From Candidatus Acetothermia bacterium (GTDB lineage: Bacteria > Bipolaricaulota > Bipolaricaulia > M55B111), in assembly GCA_046543235.1 (NCBI GenBank), contig JBKGZT010000031.1, positions 1 to 16,258 on the forward strand: a stretch of DNA of 16,258 nt, read 5' to 3'. Under the pieces are notes generated by a model. The model was not told the DNA's origin and did no database searches. It worked only from the letters and a program-made list of their open reading frames with translations. Shown in pieces: positions 1 through 8,480 of the stretch. Positions within the stretch are counted from its first letter, which is position 1; each line of letters opens with the position of its first letter. The translations under genes were made by a program, and so were the position numbers.

Positions 1-150
1 GGAGCGAGCTCCGGGGCTTTCTCGGCAAGTTTTGGTAAAAATCCAGTTACTCCGCGTCTGCCGACGAACTCGAACTGATAAAGCAACCAATGATTTTCGC
101 AATTCGAAAAGTTAAAAAACGTTATTTCTTAATCCATCGAGGTAGTTAAA

Positions 151-1863
151 ATGGGACTGGACGGAATCACGCTCAGCAAACTCAAACGGGAACTCCAGGA
201 CGGGCTCACCGGAGGGTGGGTCAGGAAGATCTACCAGCCCCGACCCGAACTCGTCACGGTAAACGTCTGGAACGATGAAGACTACAGGCTCCTGATCTCC
301 TGCGGGGAGAACTTCCGGATCCAGCTGACGGAGCTAGAACTGGAGAACCCCGAAACGCCCCCCTCGTTCACCATGCTGCTCCGAAAGCACCTTTCCGGGG
401 GCAAAATCGCTCGGATAACCCAGGAGAGGGGACTGGACAGGATCATCAGGATATCGGTGGACAAGCAGGTAGAAGAAGCGGACGAGAAAAGGATCGAGAG
501 AAAGGAAATCTACATCGAACTAATGGGCCGCAACAGCAACCTCTACCTCGTCCAGGACGGGGAGATCCTCGGGGTTTTACGGGAGAGGAAAAGCAGAAAC
601 AGGGATACGACACCGGGCGGTCGATACGAACTTCCGCCAGGACAGGACAAGCTGGATCCATTTGAACTGACCCAGGAGGAGTTCTTCGATCTCACCCGGC
701 CGGACGATCCGATCTGGAGGAACCTGCTGAACGGAATTGACGGGATAGGTCCCACCCTTGCCAGGGAGGTTCCAACACGGGCAGGGATACCTGATGACCG
801 GGTCGACCTTTCCGAATCAGAACGTGAATCCCTCTGGGAGGCGGCGGAGGAGCTCTTTGACGAACTTTCTTCCAGGGACTTTACTCCGCGGGTCTACCAG
901 GACGACGGAATCCCCGTAGAATTCAGCCCCGTCCGGCTCGAGTCGTTCGCCGACAAAGAGGAACTGACCTATAATTCCCTGAGCAGGGCGCTCGACCATT
1001 ACTACAAGGCCCGCGAAACCAGTTTCGAAACGGTGGAACTGAGAGAAAAAGTCGAGGATACTATAGAAGAGGAACTGGATCGCGTGGAAGGGGCATTGAA
1101 AAACGTAAAAGACCAACTGGAACAATCCCGGAACCGGAAGGAACTAAAGCGGACCGGGGATATCATACTGGCCAACCTCGCGGAGCTCGAAAAAGGCATG
1201 GAGGCCGCGGAACTGGCCGATCCATACAATGAAGGTGAAAAAAAGAAGATAGACCTGGACCCTTCCAAGACACCCCAGGAAAACGCCGAACGCTACTACG
1301 AACGCTACAAGAAACTCAAGCGCGGGAAAGAAAAGTTAGAAAAGAGAAAACGTAATCTGCAAAAAGAACTCGACTTCCTTACAAAACTCGAAAAAAAATA
1401 TGAAGAATCCGAAAACCCGGAAGATTTGGCGAAGATAGAAGGTATTTTAAAGGAGAAGGGCTACATTGACGAAGAGGTCGGCTCCCCCAACCAGGGAAGT
1501 CGAGGCGGACCGAAAGAGTATTGGATCAAGGGCTACAAGGTCATGGTGGGGCGCAACGCCAGACAGAACGACGACCTGGTACGAGAGGCTTCGAGGGACG
1601 ACCTCTGGTTTCACGTTAGAAACTACGCCGGCGCCCACGTGGTAGTCGTCACGGACGGCCGGCCGGACCAGGTGCCTGAGGAGGTAATAATCAAGGCAGC
1701 TCAGTTGGCCGCCGCCAATTCCAAAGCGCGGGGGGCTGAGCGGACGTCGGTGAGTTATACTGAAGTCAGGTACGTGGACAAGCCAAAAGGAGCCAAGCCG
1801 GGCCTTGTCCAGATCACGAACGAGCACACGGTCAACGTATCCCCGAAAGAGGTGATATCATAG
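151..1863 (+). CDS. rqcH: Ribosome quality control protein RqcH/Rqc2 (NFACT family, 'fibronectin-binding protein A' FbpA-like)
   Basis: 570 aa. NFACT-N motifs (KIYQP, PPSFTMLLRKHL, LDRII, IELMGRNSN), HhH-like GIDGIGP, a coiled-coil middle (LDPSKTPQENAERYYERYKKLKR) and NFACT-R (VGRNARQND, DLWFH..GAHVV, YTEVRYVDKPKGAKPGLV). SD GAGGT at 139-143. Confidence 0.93.
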   Translation: MGLDGITLSKLKRELQDGLTGGWVRKIYQPRPELVTVNVWNDEDYRLLISCGENFRIQLTELELENPETPPSFTMLLRKHLSGGKIARITQERGLDRIIRISVDKQVEEADEKRIERKEIYIELMGRNSNLYLVQDGEILGVLRERKSRNRDTTPGGRYELPPGQDKLDPFELTQEEFFDLTRPDDPIWRNLLNGIDGIGPTLAREVPTRAGIPDDRVDLSESERESLWEAAEELFDELSSRDFTPRVYQDDGIPVEFSPVRLESFADKEELTYNSLSRALDHYYKARETSFETVELREKVEDTIEEELDRVEGALKNVKDQLEQSRNRKELKRTGDIILANLAELEKGMEAAELADPYNEGEKKKIDLDPSKTPQENAERYYERYKKLKRGKEKLEKRKRNLQKELDFLTKLEKKYEESENPEDLAKIEGILKEKGYIDEEVGSPNQGSRGGPKEYWIKGYKVMVGRNARQNDDLVREASRDDLWFHVRNYAGAHVVVVTDGRPDQVPEEVIIKAAQLAAANSKARGAERTSVSYTEVRYVDKPKGAKPGLVQITNEHTVNVSPKEVIS

Positions 1864-1880
1864 CTTCCACGATAGTAAAT

Positions 1881-2585
1881 TTGATCATACTGCTTCTAGC
1901 GTTGCTGCCGGCAGCTATTGTTCACGAGTACTCACACGGCTACGTAGCCTGGAAACTGGGCGACCCTACGGCCAAGCAATCCGGCAGGCTGACACTGAAC
2001 CCCGTTCCCCATATCGATCCGGTGGGCACGGTTCTGGTTCCCCTGGGGCTGATCCTGATCCAGTTACTATTCGGAGGAGGTCTATTCATAATTGGCTGGG
2101 CCAAACCGGTACCCATCGATCCCCGTTACTTTCAGGATAAGGAACGAGGGATGCTCCAGGTCGGGCTGGCAGGTCCTCTGAGCAACTTGCTGATGATGTC
2201 CCTGGCCGCCGTCCTGGGACGTCTGCTCGTCCCGCTCTACGTAAACTTCTTTCTGGGTAGAAACGGTGGTTTTTTCTTTCAATTCTCCCAAAACGGACTC
2301 CGCACGCTGATATACTTCTTCGGAGTTTTCGTCATCATCAACATAATCCTTGCCCTCTTTAACCTGATCCCGATGCCGCCACTGGACGGATCACGAATTC
2401 TCAGTTACTTCCTTTCCTACAGAGGGAAACAGATCATGGCTCGGATGGAACAGTACGGTTTCCTGATAATTCTGGCCTTCCTCTGGCTGGGAGGGGACCT
2501 GTTCTTCTGGGTAATTCAACGTATCTGGACTTTAGTGCTCGGCCAGAACTGGATCAACCTAATCGCTGCGGGAGGTATGCTTTAA
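1881..2585 (+). CDS. Site-2 protease family (peptidase M50) intramembrane zinc metalloprotease
   Basis: HExxH motif (HEYSH), GDPTAKQSGRLTLNP..HIDPVG, GWAKPVP, AGPLSNL and NLIPMPPLDG. Several hydrophobic helices. Start is uncertain: TTG at 1881 or in-frame ATA at 1860. Confidence 0.92.
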   Translation: MIILLLALLPAAIVHEYSHGYVAWKLGDPTAKQSGRLTLNPVPHIDPVGTVLVPLGLILIQLLFGGGLFIIGWAKPVPIDPRYFQDKERGMLQVGLAGPLSNLLMMSLAAVLGRLLVPLYVNFFLGRNGGFFFQFSQNGLRTLIYFFGVFVIINIILALFNLIPMPPLDGSRILSYFLSYRGKQIMARMEQYGFLIILAFLWLGGDLFFWVIQRIWTLVLGQNWINLIAAGGML

Positions 2586-2608
2586 GGCTTTTTTGAAGCC
2601 GACAAACC

Positions 2609-3478
2609 ATGGACGAGAAAGGTCGCGGCGAAGAAGTCGGCAAGTTATACGTGGTAGCTACACCCATTGGTAACCTGTCCGACATTACCTTCCGGGCAGT
2701 AGAGGTACTCCGGAATGTCGACGCCATCGTGGCGGAAGACACCCGTCATTCCGGACGGCTTCTGGACGAGTACGAAATAGAAACCCCGTTTACGAAGAGT
2801 TACTACCAGGGAGCAGGAGAGAAGAGGCGGGAAGAAATAACCCAGAAGCTCCTCTCGAACACGGACCTGGCCCTGATAAGCGATGCCGGTACACCGCTGA
2901 TATCCGACCCAGGCTTCAAGCTCGTCCGCCGCGCCAGGGAGGAAGGGGTCGAAATAATTGGGGTTCCCGGGCCCAACGCGGCCGTTACCTGCCTCTCGGT
3001 TTCCGGCCAGCCCACCGACAGTTTCGTCTTCGACGGACAAACCCCGAAGAAAGAAAGGAGGAAACGGGAGTACTTCGAGGAACTTCGGACCAGGAGAAAA
3101 ACCACGATCCTCTACGATTCACCCCACCGGGTCGAGGCAACCCTGGAAATCGCCTCCGATATAATTCCTGAAAGGTCGGTCACGGTCTGTCGCGAGCTGA
3201 CGAAACGGTTCGAACGGACAACAAAAGGATCCTTTGAGGAGGTTCTGAATCAGTTAAAGGAGGGTAAGTCCAAAGGGGAATTCACCCTGGTAATAGCCGG
3301 GGCGAGCGAGGAAGAAATAGCTCTGGTCAAGCAGGAAAGGTATGGGGATATCCCGATAGAACAACAGTTCGAGGGGATCAAGAAGTTCAAGGGTTTATCC
3401 AGAAAGGAGGCAATGCGAGAACTCGCGGAGTTGAGAGGTTCTTCCAGAAACGAGATTTACGACGAGCTAAATAAGTAA
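2609..3478 (+). CDS. rsmI: 16S rRNA (cytidine1402-2'-O)-methyltransferase
   Basis: GKLYVVATPIGNLSDITFRAVEVL, AEDTRHS, LISDAGTPLISDPGFKLV, YDSPHR, CRELTKRFE, KGEFTLVI and C-terminal SRNEIY. Confidence 0.95.
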   Translation: MDEKGRGEEVGKLYVVATPIGNLSDITFRAVEVLRNVDAIVAEDTRHSGRLLDEYEIETPFTKSYYQGAGEKRREEITQKLLSNTDLALISDAGTPLISDPGFKLVRRAREEGVEIIGVPGPNAAVTCLSVSGQPTDSFVFDGQTPKKERRKREYFEELRTRRKTTILYDSPHRVEATLEIASDIIPERSVTVCRELTKRFERTTKGSFEEVLNQLKEGKSKGEFTLVIAGASEEEIALVKQERYGDIPIEQQFEGIKKFKGLSRKEAMRELAELRGSSRNEIYDELNK

Positions 3479-3480
3479 AG

Positions 3481-3960
3481 TCAGGCGTGTTTGTCCGCTA
3501 CCGTGGAAGCCCCGTAGGAATCCGGCTTAGTCCTAACGTCGAACCCGCTTCCGATTATCATTCCGACCACTTCGTCGATTATTTCCTTGGTCTTGCCGTG
3601 CTGGCCCACGTCGACGTGTATCTCCAGGTTATAATCCAGTAGAGTTACCTCCTCAAGGTGTTCCATCAGGTCCTTCGCCAGGTCGAACGAAAGAAAGGCT
3701 TCCTTGTATATTTTGTCCCGCAGAGTATAAATATCGTCCTCAGTCTCCCGCTTCCAGAAATAGCGCCCACCTTTACCCATCCTGTGAATGACGATTGCAC
3801 TGACGAAATCTATCTCGTGGTCACCGGAGGCGGCGTGTGAATCCGTCCCCACGACTATTTCGTACTCGGACCTTTGATCCTTTTCCATCATTCGGATGAT
3901 TTCGTCGACGACCCCGTCGAAATCCAATCTGCCTTTGGTCGGATTATGAAACTGTATCAA
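3481..3960 (-). CDS. RNase H-like YkuK family protein (DUF458)
   Basis: IVVGTDS, FVSAIVIHRMGKGGRYF, LRDKIYKEA, LEIHVDVG..GKT and KPDSYGASTVADKH are typical of the YkuK family. TTG start. Confidence 0.88.
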   Translation of the reverse strand: MIQFHNPTKGRLDFDGVVDEIIRMMEKDQRSEYEIVVGTDSHAASGDHEIDFVSAIVIHRMGKGGRYFWKRETEDDIYTLRDKIYKEAFLSFDLAKDLMEHLEEVTLLDYNLEIHVDVGQHGKTKEIIDEVVGMIIGSGFDVRTKPDSYGASTVADKHA

Positions 3961-3977
3961 GTTATAACACCATCAGG

Positions 3978-4005
3978 ATTATAGTCAATAGATGCTGTTT
4001 TTCAA
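3978..4005 (-). promoter_or_regulatory. Putative sigma70-type promoter for the YkuK-like gene
   Basis: Minus strand TTGAAA (4005-4000), 16 nt spacer, then perfect TATAAT (3983-3978), within the AT-rich 54-nt intergenic gap. Confidence 0.6.
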
Positions 4006-4014
4006 CGAAACACC

Positions 4015-5343
4015 CTAAAATTCGGAACGGAGCAGTTCTTCGGCGGCGTAATAACCGCTCCTGACCGCACCCTCCATGGTGGCCGGCCAGCCCGTATCCG
4101 TCCAATCACCGGCCAAATAAAGACCTTCGGGCGCCGGGTTTTGAGGTGGTCGAAGCTCTTTGCTTTCCGGAGAAGGGACGAAGGTCGCCCGGGGTTGGTG
4201 CAGAACGACCGAGTCGGTCAATTCCGCTTCCCGGATACTCGGAAGCGGGACCGACAGATCGCGCCTGACCTGGCTGACGAGCTCGTCTGAAGGGAGCTCC
4301 TCAAGTTTACCCGGGTCAGAAATCGTCAGGCAAATATGCCCCTCGTTACTTCCGTCGTTCGCGAGGTTAAATACCCAGCCGGACGTACCTTCAAGAAAGC
4401 CAAAGAAGTCCTTCTCCATCACGCTTTCACGGAAGAATAGGTGAACGTTTATAATCGAATTCCAATCCAGCCGCCAGAACGGATTCGAAAAACTAGCTAG
4501 GATCGAATCAGGGAGCAGCTTCTCCAGGACGTGTCCCTGTACCGCGGAGAGAACCAGGTCCGCTTTAACTTCATCGCCGCCTTTGAGTCGGATCAGGTTT
4601 TGGCTTCCCTCTCCTGGTTCAATTTCTACCACCTGGCCGGAAGTCCGAACCTCCCCTCCTTTGCCTTCGATAAAATCCCCGGTCTTCTCCCCAATCCTTC
4701 CCATGGAACCATTTAGACGCCCCAGCTTCCCTCCCTGTCTATCCAGCAGAACCCGCCTTAGTATCATCAAACCCATCGAAATGCTCACTTCGTCAACCTC
4801 GGCATTCAGCGTTGGGACTATGACCTGGTTCCACAATCTCCTGATCGATCTCTCGCTCGCTCCCCTCTTCCTCAACCAGCTTCCGAAGCTAACGTCTCCC
4901 GGATCGTTATCTTGTCCGAACGCTAACGCCGATACTACCGGGCCGACCAGGCTCAACTTGTCCATAAAAGACATGAAGGGAAAACGGAAAGTCGCCAACA
5001 AAAGGTGAAAGGGGGGCGGGAGGCGGTTGCTCCGTACCCGGCCGACGCGTCCGGACTTGTCCCTGAATTCCACGTCCAGCCGAGACTGAGTCCGGAGATT
5101 ATCCGAAAGTCCAACGAGGGAGAGGAACTTCCTGTAAAATTCGAAGCCGGAGACGTGCATGTGCTGGCCAAGATCCAGAGTCCGCCCCCGGTAGTCAATG
5201 GAGGCCGTTCTACCCCCGAGGGAAGGCGATTTCTCCAGAAGAACCAGTTCACCGGAATATCCCTCTTCCAGTATCTTGGCGCTGGCGGAGAGTCCGGCCA
5301 GCCCACCACCGATTACGACTAATCGCTCAGGCTGACGAACCAT
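4015..5343 (-). CDS. hpnE: Hydroxysqualene dehydroxylase (FAD-dependent, squalene-forming)
   Basis: Rossmann motif VVIGGGLAGLSA, LEKSPSLGGR, DLGQH, LPPPFHL, IINVHL, RATF and LYLAGDWTDTGWPATMEGAVRSG. Lies directly after hpnC-hpnD. Confidence 0.92.
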   Translation of the reverse strand: MVRQPERLVVIGGGLAGLSASAKILEEGYSGELVLLEKSPSLGGRTASIDYRGRTLDLGQHMHVSGFEFYRKFLSLVGLSDNLRTQSRLDVEFRDKSGRVGRVRSNRLPPPFHLLLATFRFPFMSFMDKLSLVGPVVSALAFGQDNDPGDVSFGSWLRKRGASERSIRRLWNQVIVPTLNAEVDEVSISMGLMILRRVLLDRQGGKLGRLNGSMGRIGEKTGDFIEGKGGEVRTSGQVVEIEPGEGSQNLIRLKGGDEVKADLVLSAVQGHVLEKLLPDSILASFSNPFWRLDWNSIINVHLFFRESVMEKDFFGFLEGTSGWVFNLANDGSNEGHICLTISDPGKLEELPSDELVSQVRRDLSVPLPSIREAELTDSVVLHQPRATFVPSPESKELRPPQNPAPEGLYLAGDWTDTGWPATMEGAVRSGYYAAEELLRSEF

Positions 5344-6197
5344 TGACCCAGCACGGAACTAATCTTTCGGGCTGTGCTTACCCTGGCCCGTTCGCCCCAG
5401 ATCTTCCATCCGGAGGCTTCCATCTTGTCAAGCAATTTACTGTACACTCCGTACAGTCCGGCGGGACAGGCCCGCGCCCTCCGGGAAAGCTGGAAAAATA
5501 GCCTTTTTCCGCTTTTAAAATATTTCCTTGCCCGGGCCGCTTCGAAGTCCATCAGTTCTCTGAATTCCTCGTTTTCTCCGGTCTCTGCCACTTCGTCAAA
5601 GCTGCAGCCGAACCTTTCCAGGTCCTCCTGAGGAATGTAGATTCTGTCTCTACGGTAGTCCTCGGCCACGTCCCTGATTATATTCGTCAGCTGCATGCCG
5701 AGACCGAAATCCACCGCGTATTTCCGGGCCCGCCAATCCTGGTAGCCGAAGACCTCGATCAGGGCGAGGCCCACCGCGGAAGCCACCCTGAAACAATAGA
5801 CCTTGAGGTCCTCGAAAGTGGGATAGCGCCTCCTGATCAAATCCATCTCAACGCCAGAAATTAGCTGTTCGAAATAGCTTTTAGGTATTCCGTACTTCTC
5901 CACCGGGGCTGCCAGTGCCCTATAAAGCTTGTCTTGGGGATGACCGGCGTATAGCGCGTCCAGCTTCTCCCGTTCCTCCTGGAGTCTATCCTTCTTCCTG
6001 GCCAGCTCCCAGGAACCGTCTGCGATGTCGTCGCTCCGTCGTGCGAAAGTATAAATGGCGTAAACTGCCGATCGTTTTTCCTTCGGGAGAGTAATTATCG
6101 CCCAGTAGAAGTTTTTCGCCCTCTCCCTGGTAATTCTCCTCGAGTATTCTTCGGGGCTTTCATCTTCCTTCATAACCCCCTCAGGCTGCTTTCGCAT
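5319..6197 (-). CDS. hpnD: Presqualene diphosphate synthase (head-to-head prenyltransferase)
   Basis: AKNFYWAIITLPKEKRSAVYAIYTFARRSDDIAD, GVEMDL, YCFRVASAVG, LGMQLTNIIRDVAED and RIYIP. SD GGAGGT precedes ATG 6197; there is an alternative ATG at 6173. Confidence 0.9.
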   Translation of the reverse strand: MRKQPEGVMKEDESPEEYSRRITRERAKNFYWAIITLPKEKRSAVYAIYTFARRSDDIADGSWELARKKDRLQEEREKLDALYAGHPQDKLYRALAAPVEKYGIPKSYFEQLISGVEMDLIRRRYPTFEDLKVYCFRVASAVGLALIEVFGYQDWRARKYAVDFGLGMQLTNIIRDVAEDYRRDRIYIPQEDLERFGCSFDEVAETGENEEFRELMDFEAARARKYFKSGKRLFFQLSRRARACPAGLYGVYSKLLDKMEASGWKIWGERARVSTARKISSVLGQWFVSLSD

Positions 6198-7095
6198 CGA
6201 GCAACCTCCGAAACGGCTTTCTCACCAGGTTTGAGAGGAACAACCAAACCTTTTCACCCTTCGATAGTGTAGGGCGTCCGTGTAAGACGTCGTAGTTCTC
6301 CGCCTCGATCTTATCGAGGATCTTCAAACCACCAAGGTTAAAAAGCCGGACGTCCGTTCTGATTCTGCCATCCAGGGTAGGAACCAGCTCCATCCCCTCC
6401 TCGAGCAGCTCCCTGGCCCTTGAAACCTCAAATCGCATCAGCTCCACGAACCTCTCGTTATAGACACGGTTTCTCAGGTCCTCCTTCGAGTAACCGTACC
6501 TTTCCAGGTCCTCTTCCGGTATATAAATCCGCCCCATTTTTTCGTCACGGTCAACGTCCTGCCAGAAGTTCGTCAGTTGAAGGCCGGTGCAGGTGCTATC
6601 GGAAAGCTCTCGGCGTCTTTCGTCCATGTATCCAAAAATAGCCAGGAACACCCTTCCAACCGGGTTAGCCGAATGATCACAGTAGCGGAGGAGGTCGTCG
6701 TAAGTCTCGTAAGAAAAATTCCTTTGATCCATCCTGTTGGCCTCGATCAGTTTTTTGAAAGGTTCCTCGTCAAGCGAGTTCTCTTCGACCGTGTCGCGCA
6801 GCGCGAGCAGAATCGGGTTTTTCGGCTCTTCCCCCCGAAAAACCGATTCCAGCTCCTCCTCCCAGCGGTTGAGAGCCTCTACGTTCCCTTCCTCCAGCTC
6901 ATCACCGAGGTCGTCTGTGTACCGGCTATAGGCGTAGAGAGCATAGACGTACTTCCTCTTCTCGGCCGGCATCATCCTGCTCACGACCGTAAAGTTCTCG
7001 TAGTGCTCGGTAGCTATATCTCTACAGAGGTCGTAAGCCTGACTTACCGAATAGTCCCTCTTATAAAGTTGGGGCGATATCTCCTTCAGTTCCAC
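6181..7095 (-). CDS. hpnC: Hydroxysqualene synthase (squalene synthase HpnC)
   Basis: Diagnostic HYENFTVVS, YAYSRYTDDLGDE, ANRMDQ, YCDHSANPVGR, SDSTCTGLQLTNFWQDV, GRIYIP and YDVLHGRPTL. GTG start with SD AGGTGA. Confidence 0.93.
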   Translation of the reverse strand: MELKEISPQLYKRDYSVSQAYDLCRDIATEHYENFTVVSRMMPAEKRKYVYALYAYSRYTDDLGDELEEGNVEALNRWEEELESVFRGEEPKNPILLALRDTVEENSLDEEPFKKLIEANRMDQRNFSYETYDDLLRYCDHSANPVGRVFLAIFGYMDERRRELSDSTCTGLQLTNFWQDVDRDEKMGRIYIPEEDLERYGYSKEDLRNRVYNERFVELMRFEVSRARELLEEGMELVPTLDGRIRTDVRLFNLGGLKILDKIEAENYDVLHGRPTLSKGEKVWLFLSNLVRKPFRRLLDAKAA

Positions 7096-7158
7096 GATAT
7101 TTCACCTGGTAAAGGATAAATCATACAGGACCTTGGCAACAAGAGTTCGGGGCTCGCC

Positions 7159-7608
7159 CTAGCCACCTAGTAGCTGCAGGACGACTTCCCTCTTCCTGGA
7201 GTGGTCCAGTTCTATCAGAAAGACCCGCTGCCATTTTCCAAGTTCGAGCTCGCCGTCGATTATCGGTACTGTCTCGCTCGCCCCCAGCCCAAGTGACTGA
7301 CAGTGGGCATGCCCGTTTGGCACTTCATCCGGAGTCATGTTTTCCGTCCTGACCGAGAAATCGTTATGCCGGTAGTACTCGTCCTCGGGAGCAAAATTCT
7401 CGAGGAACTCGGCCATGTCCTTCTTCAGCAGCGTCTCGTTTTCGTTTATCCTGATCGCGGCCGTAGTATGTCGACTAAATATTACCAGAGCTCCCGACTC
7501 AACCTCCCTGTCTTCGACGAACTTTTCCACCTCGTCGGTTATGTCAATGAACTCCGGGGCCTTAGTCGTCTGGATCTGCAAAACCTCCGTGGATGTCGAG
7601 GTCAACAT
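7159..7608 (-). CDS. yjbQ: YjbQ/UPF0047 family protein ('secondary thiamine-phosphate synthase')
   Basis: FIDITDEV, FSRHTTAAIRINENE, YRHND, NGHAH and LELGKWQRVFLIELD..RKR. Strong SD AGGAGGT. Confidence 0.9.
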   Translation of the reverse strand: MLTSTSTEVLQIQTTKAPEFIDITDEVEKFVEDREVESGALVIFSRHTTAAIRINENETLLKKDMAEFLENFAPEDEYYRHNDFSVRTENMTPDEVPNGHAHCQSLGLGASETVPIIDGELELGKWQRVFLIELDHSRKREVVLQLLGG

Positions 7609-7631
7609 CTCTCAAACCTCCTTTTTGTGTT

Positions 7632-8480
7632 CTAAGAACTATCCAACTTTTCCAGGGTCTCCTCCACAGCCGAAACAGCGGATTGGGGGGTAGACGCACC
7701 TGCGGTTATCCCCACTTTATCCACCCCTTCAACCCATTCCGACTCTATCTCCGTTTCGTCCTTAATGTGATGCGTCTCTACTCCAGTGTTACCGGCAACC
7801 TCAGCGAGCTTACGGGTGTTGGCAGAATTCTTGCCTCCAACAACGAGAATCAAATCCACCTTATCCGCCAGCCTTTCAGCCGCCTCGTACCTCCTTTTGG
7901 TCTCACCACAGGTCGTATCAACTATCTTTACGTCCTCGAGTTCCTCCCGGTTAGCCCGGAGGAACTCAGCAGCAAAATCAAAAAAGTACTTTTTCCCCTT
8001 GGTAGTTTGCGACAGCAGAGCAACTCTTCCTTCGGGTATCGGCACGCTCTTCTCCGGGTCCAGGATTGCTACCCCTTTCCCGTTCAACCAACCCAGTATA
8101 TTTCTGACTTCCGTATGGTCCTTTTCCCCGTAAATAACTACCTGATAACCCTTGTTGACCAGGTCTTCTGCCGTCTCCTGAGCTTTCTTAACTATCGGGC
8201 AGGTCGTATCGATCAGGTCCAACCCCTTGCTCTCGATCTCGCTGTGGATTTCCCGACCGGCGCCGTGGGCGGTTATTACCACCGAGTCCGTGTCCACCCT
8301 GTCAAGGGAGTTAACTACCTCGGCACCTTCTTCTGCCAGGTCCTCGACCACGTTCGGGTTATGAACTATCGGCCCCAGGGTATCGATTTTTTCCTGTTCT
8401 TCCAGCTTTCCCTCCACTATATCGACGGCCCGTCTGACGCCGAAACAGAACCCAAATAAATCAGCCTTTATTATTTCCAT
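7632..8480 (-). CDS. ispH: 4-hydroxy-3-methylbut-2-enyl diphosphate reductase (LytB)
   Basis: GFCFGVRRA, GPIVHN, ITAHG, DTTCP, DHTEV, SQTT, DTTC.ET..R, VVGGKNSANT and VGITAGASTP, with all three Fe-S cysteines present. Start reassigned from 8537 to ATG 8480 (SD GAGGAG; MEIIKA matches the family N-terminus). Confidence 0.95.
   Translation of the reverse strand: MEIIKADLFGFCFGVRRAVDIVEGKLEEQEKIDTLGPIVHNPNVVEDLAEEGAEVVNSLDRVDTDSVVITAHGAGREIHSEIESKGLDLIDTTCPIVKKAQETAEDLVNKGYQVVIYGEKDHTEVRNILGWLNGKGVAILDPEKSVPIPEGRVALLSQTTKGKKYFFDFAAEFLRANREELEDVKIVDTTCGETKRRYEAAERLADKVDLILVVGGKNSANTRKLAEVAGNTGVETHHIKDETEIESEWVEGVDKVGITAGASTPQSAVSAVEETLEKLDSS

Noticed and set aside
1-38. 3' end of an upstream plus-strand CDS (…SELRGFLGKFW*)
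   Set aside because: Too short to establish the frame or an identity.
2586-2600. Hairpin GGCTT-TTTTG-AAGCC as a terminator between the protease and rsmI
   Set aside because: The stem is only 5 bp with no following U-tract, too weak to call.
4015-7095. Carotenoid genes (crtB/crtM plus crtI) instead of hpnCDE
   Set aside because: The paired synthases include the HpnC-specific HYENF motif, the oxidoreductase has the HpnE-type WPATMEGAVRSG end, and hpnH/G/A are adjacent.
7096-7158. Internal promoter before hpnC (TTGCCA / TATGAT)
   Set aside because: The two hexamers are only 8 nt apart and no properly spaced -35 exists. The 63-nt gap also shows no recognisable shc remnant.
7593-8459. 288-aa plus-strand ORF (and others such as 9308-9958, 6577-7119, 11652-12113) as a hidden gene or the missing cyclase
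   Set aside because: These are antisense shadows of well-supported genes (ispH, hpnA/ispG, hpnC, hpnH). They show no recognisable motifs, no DxDD or QW repeats, and atypical composition.
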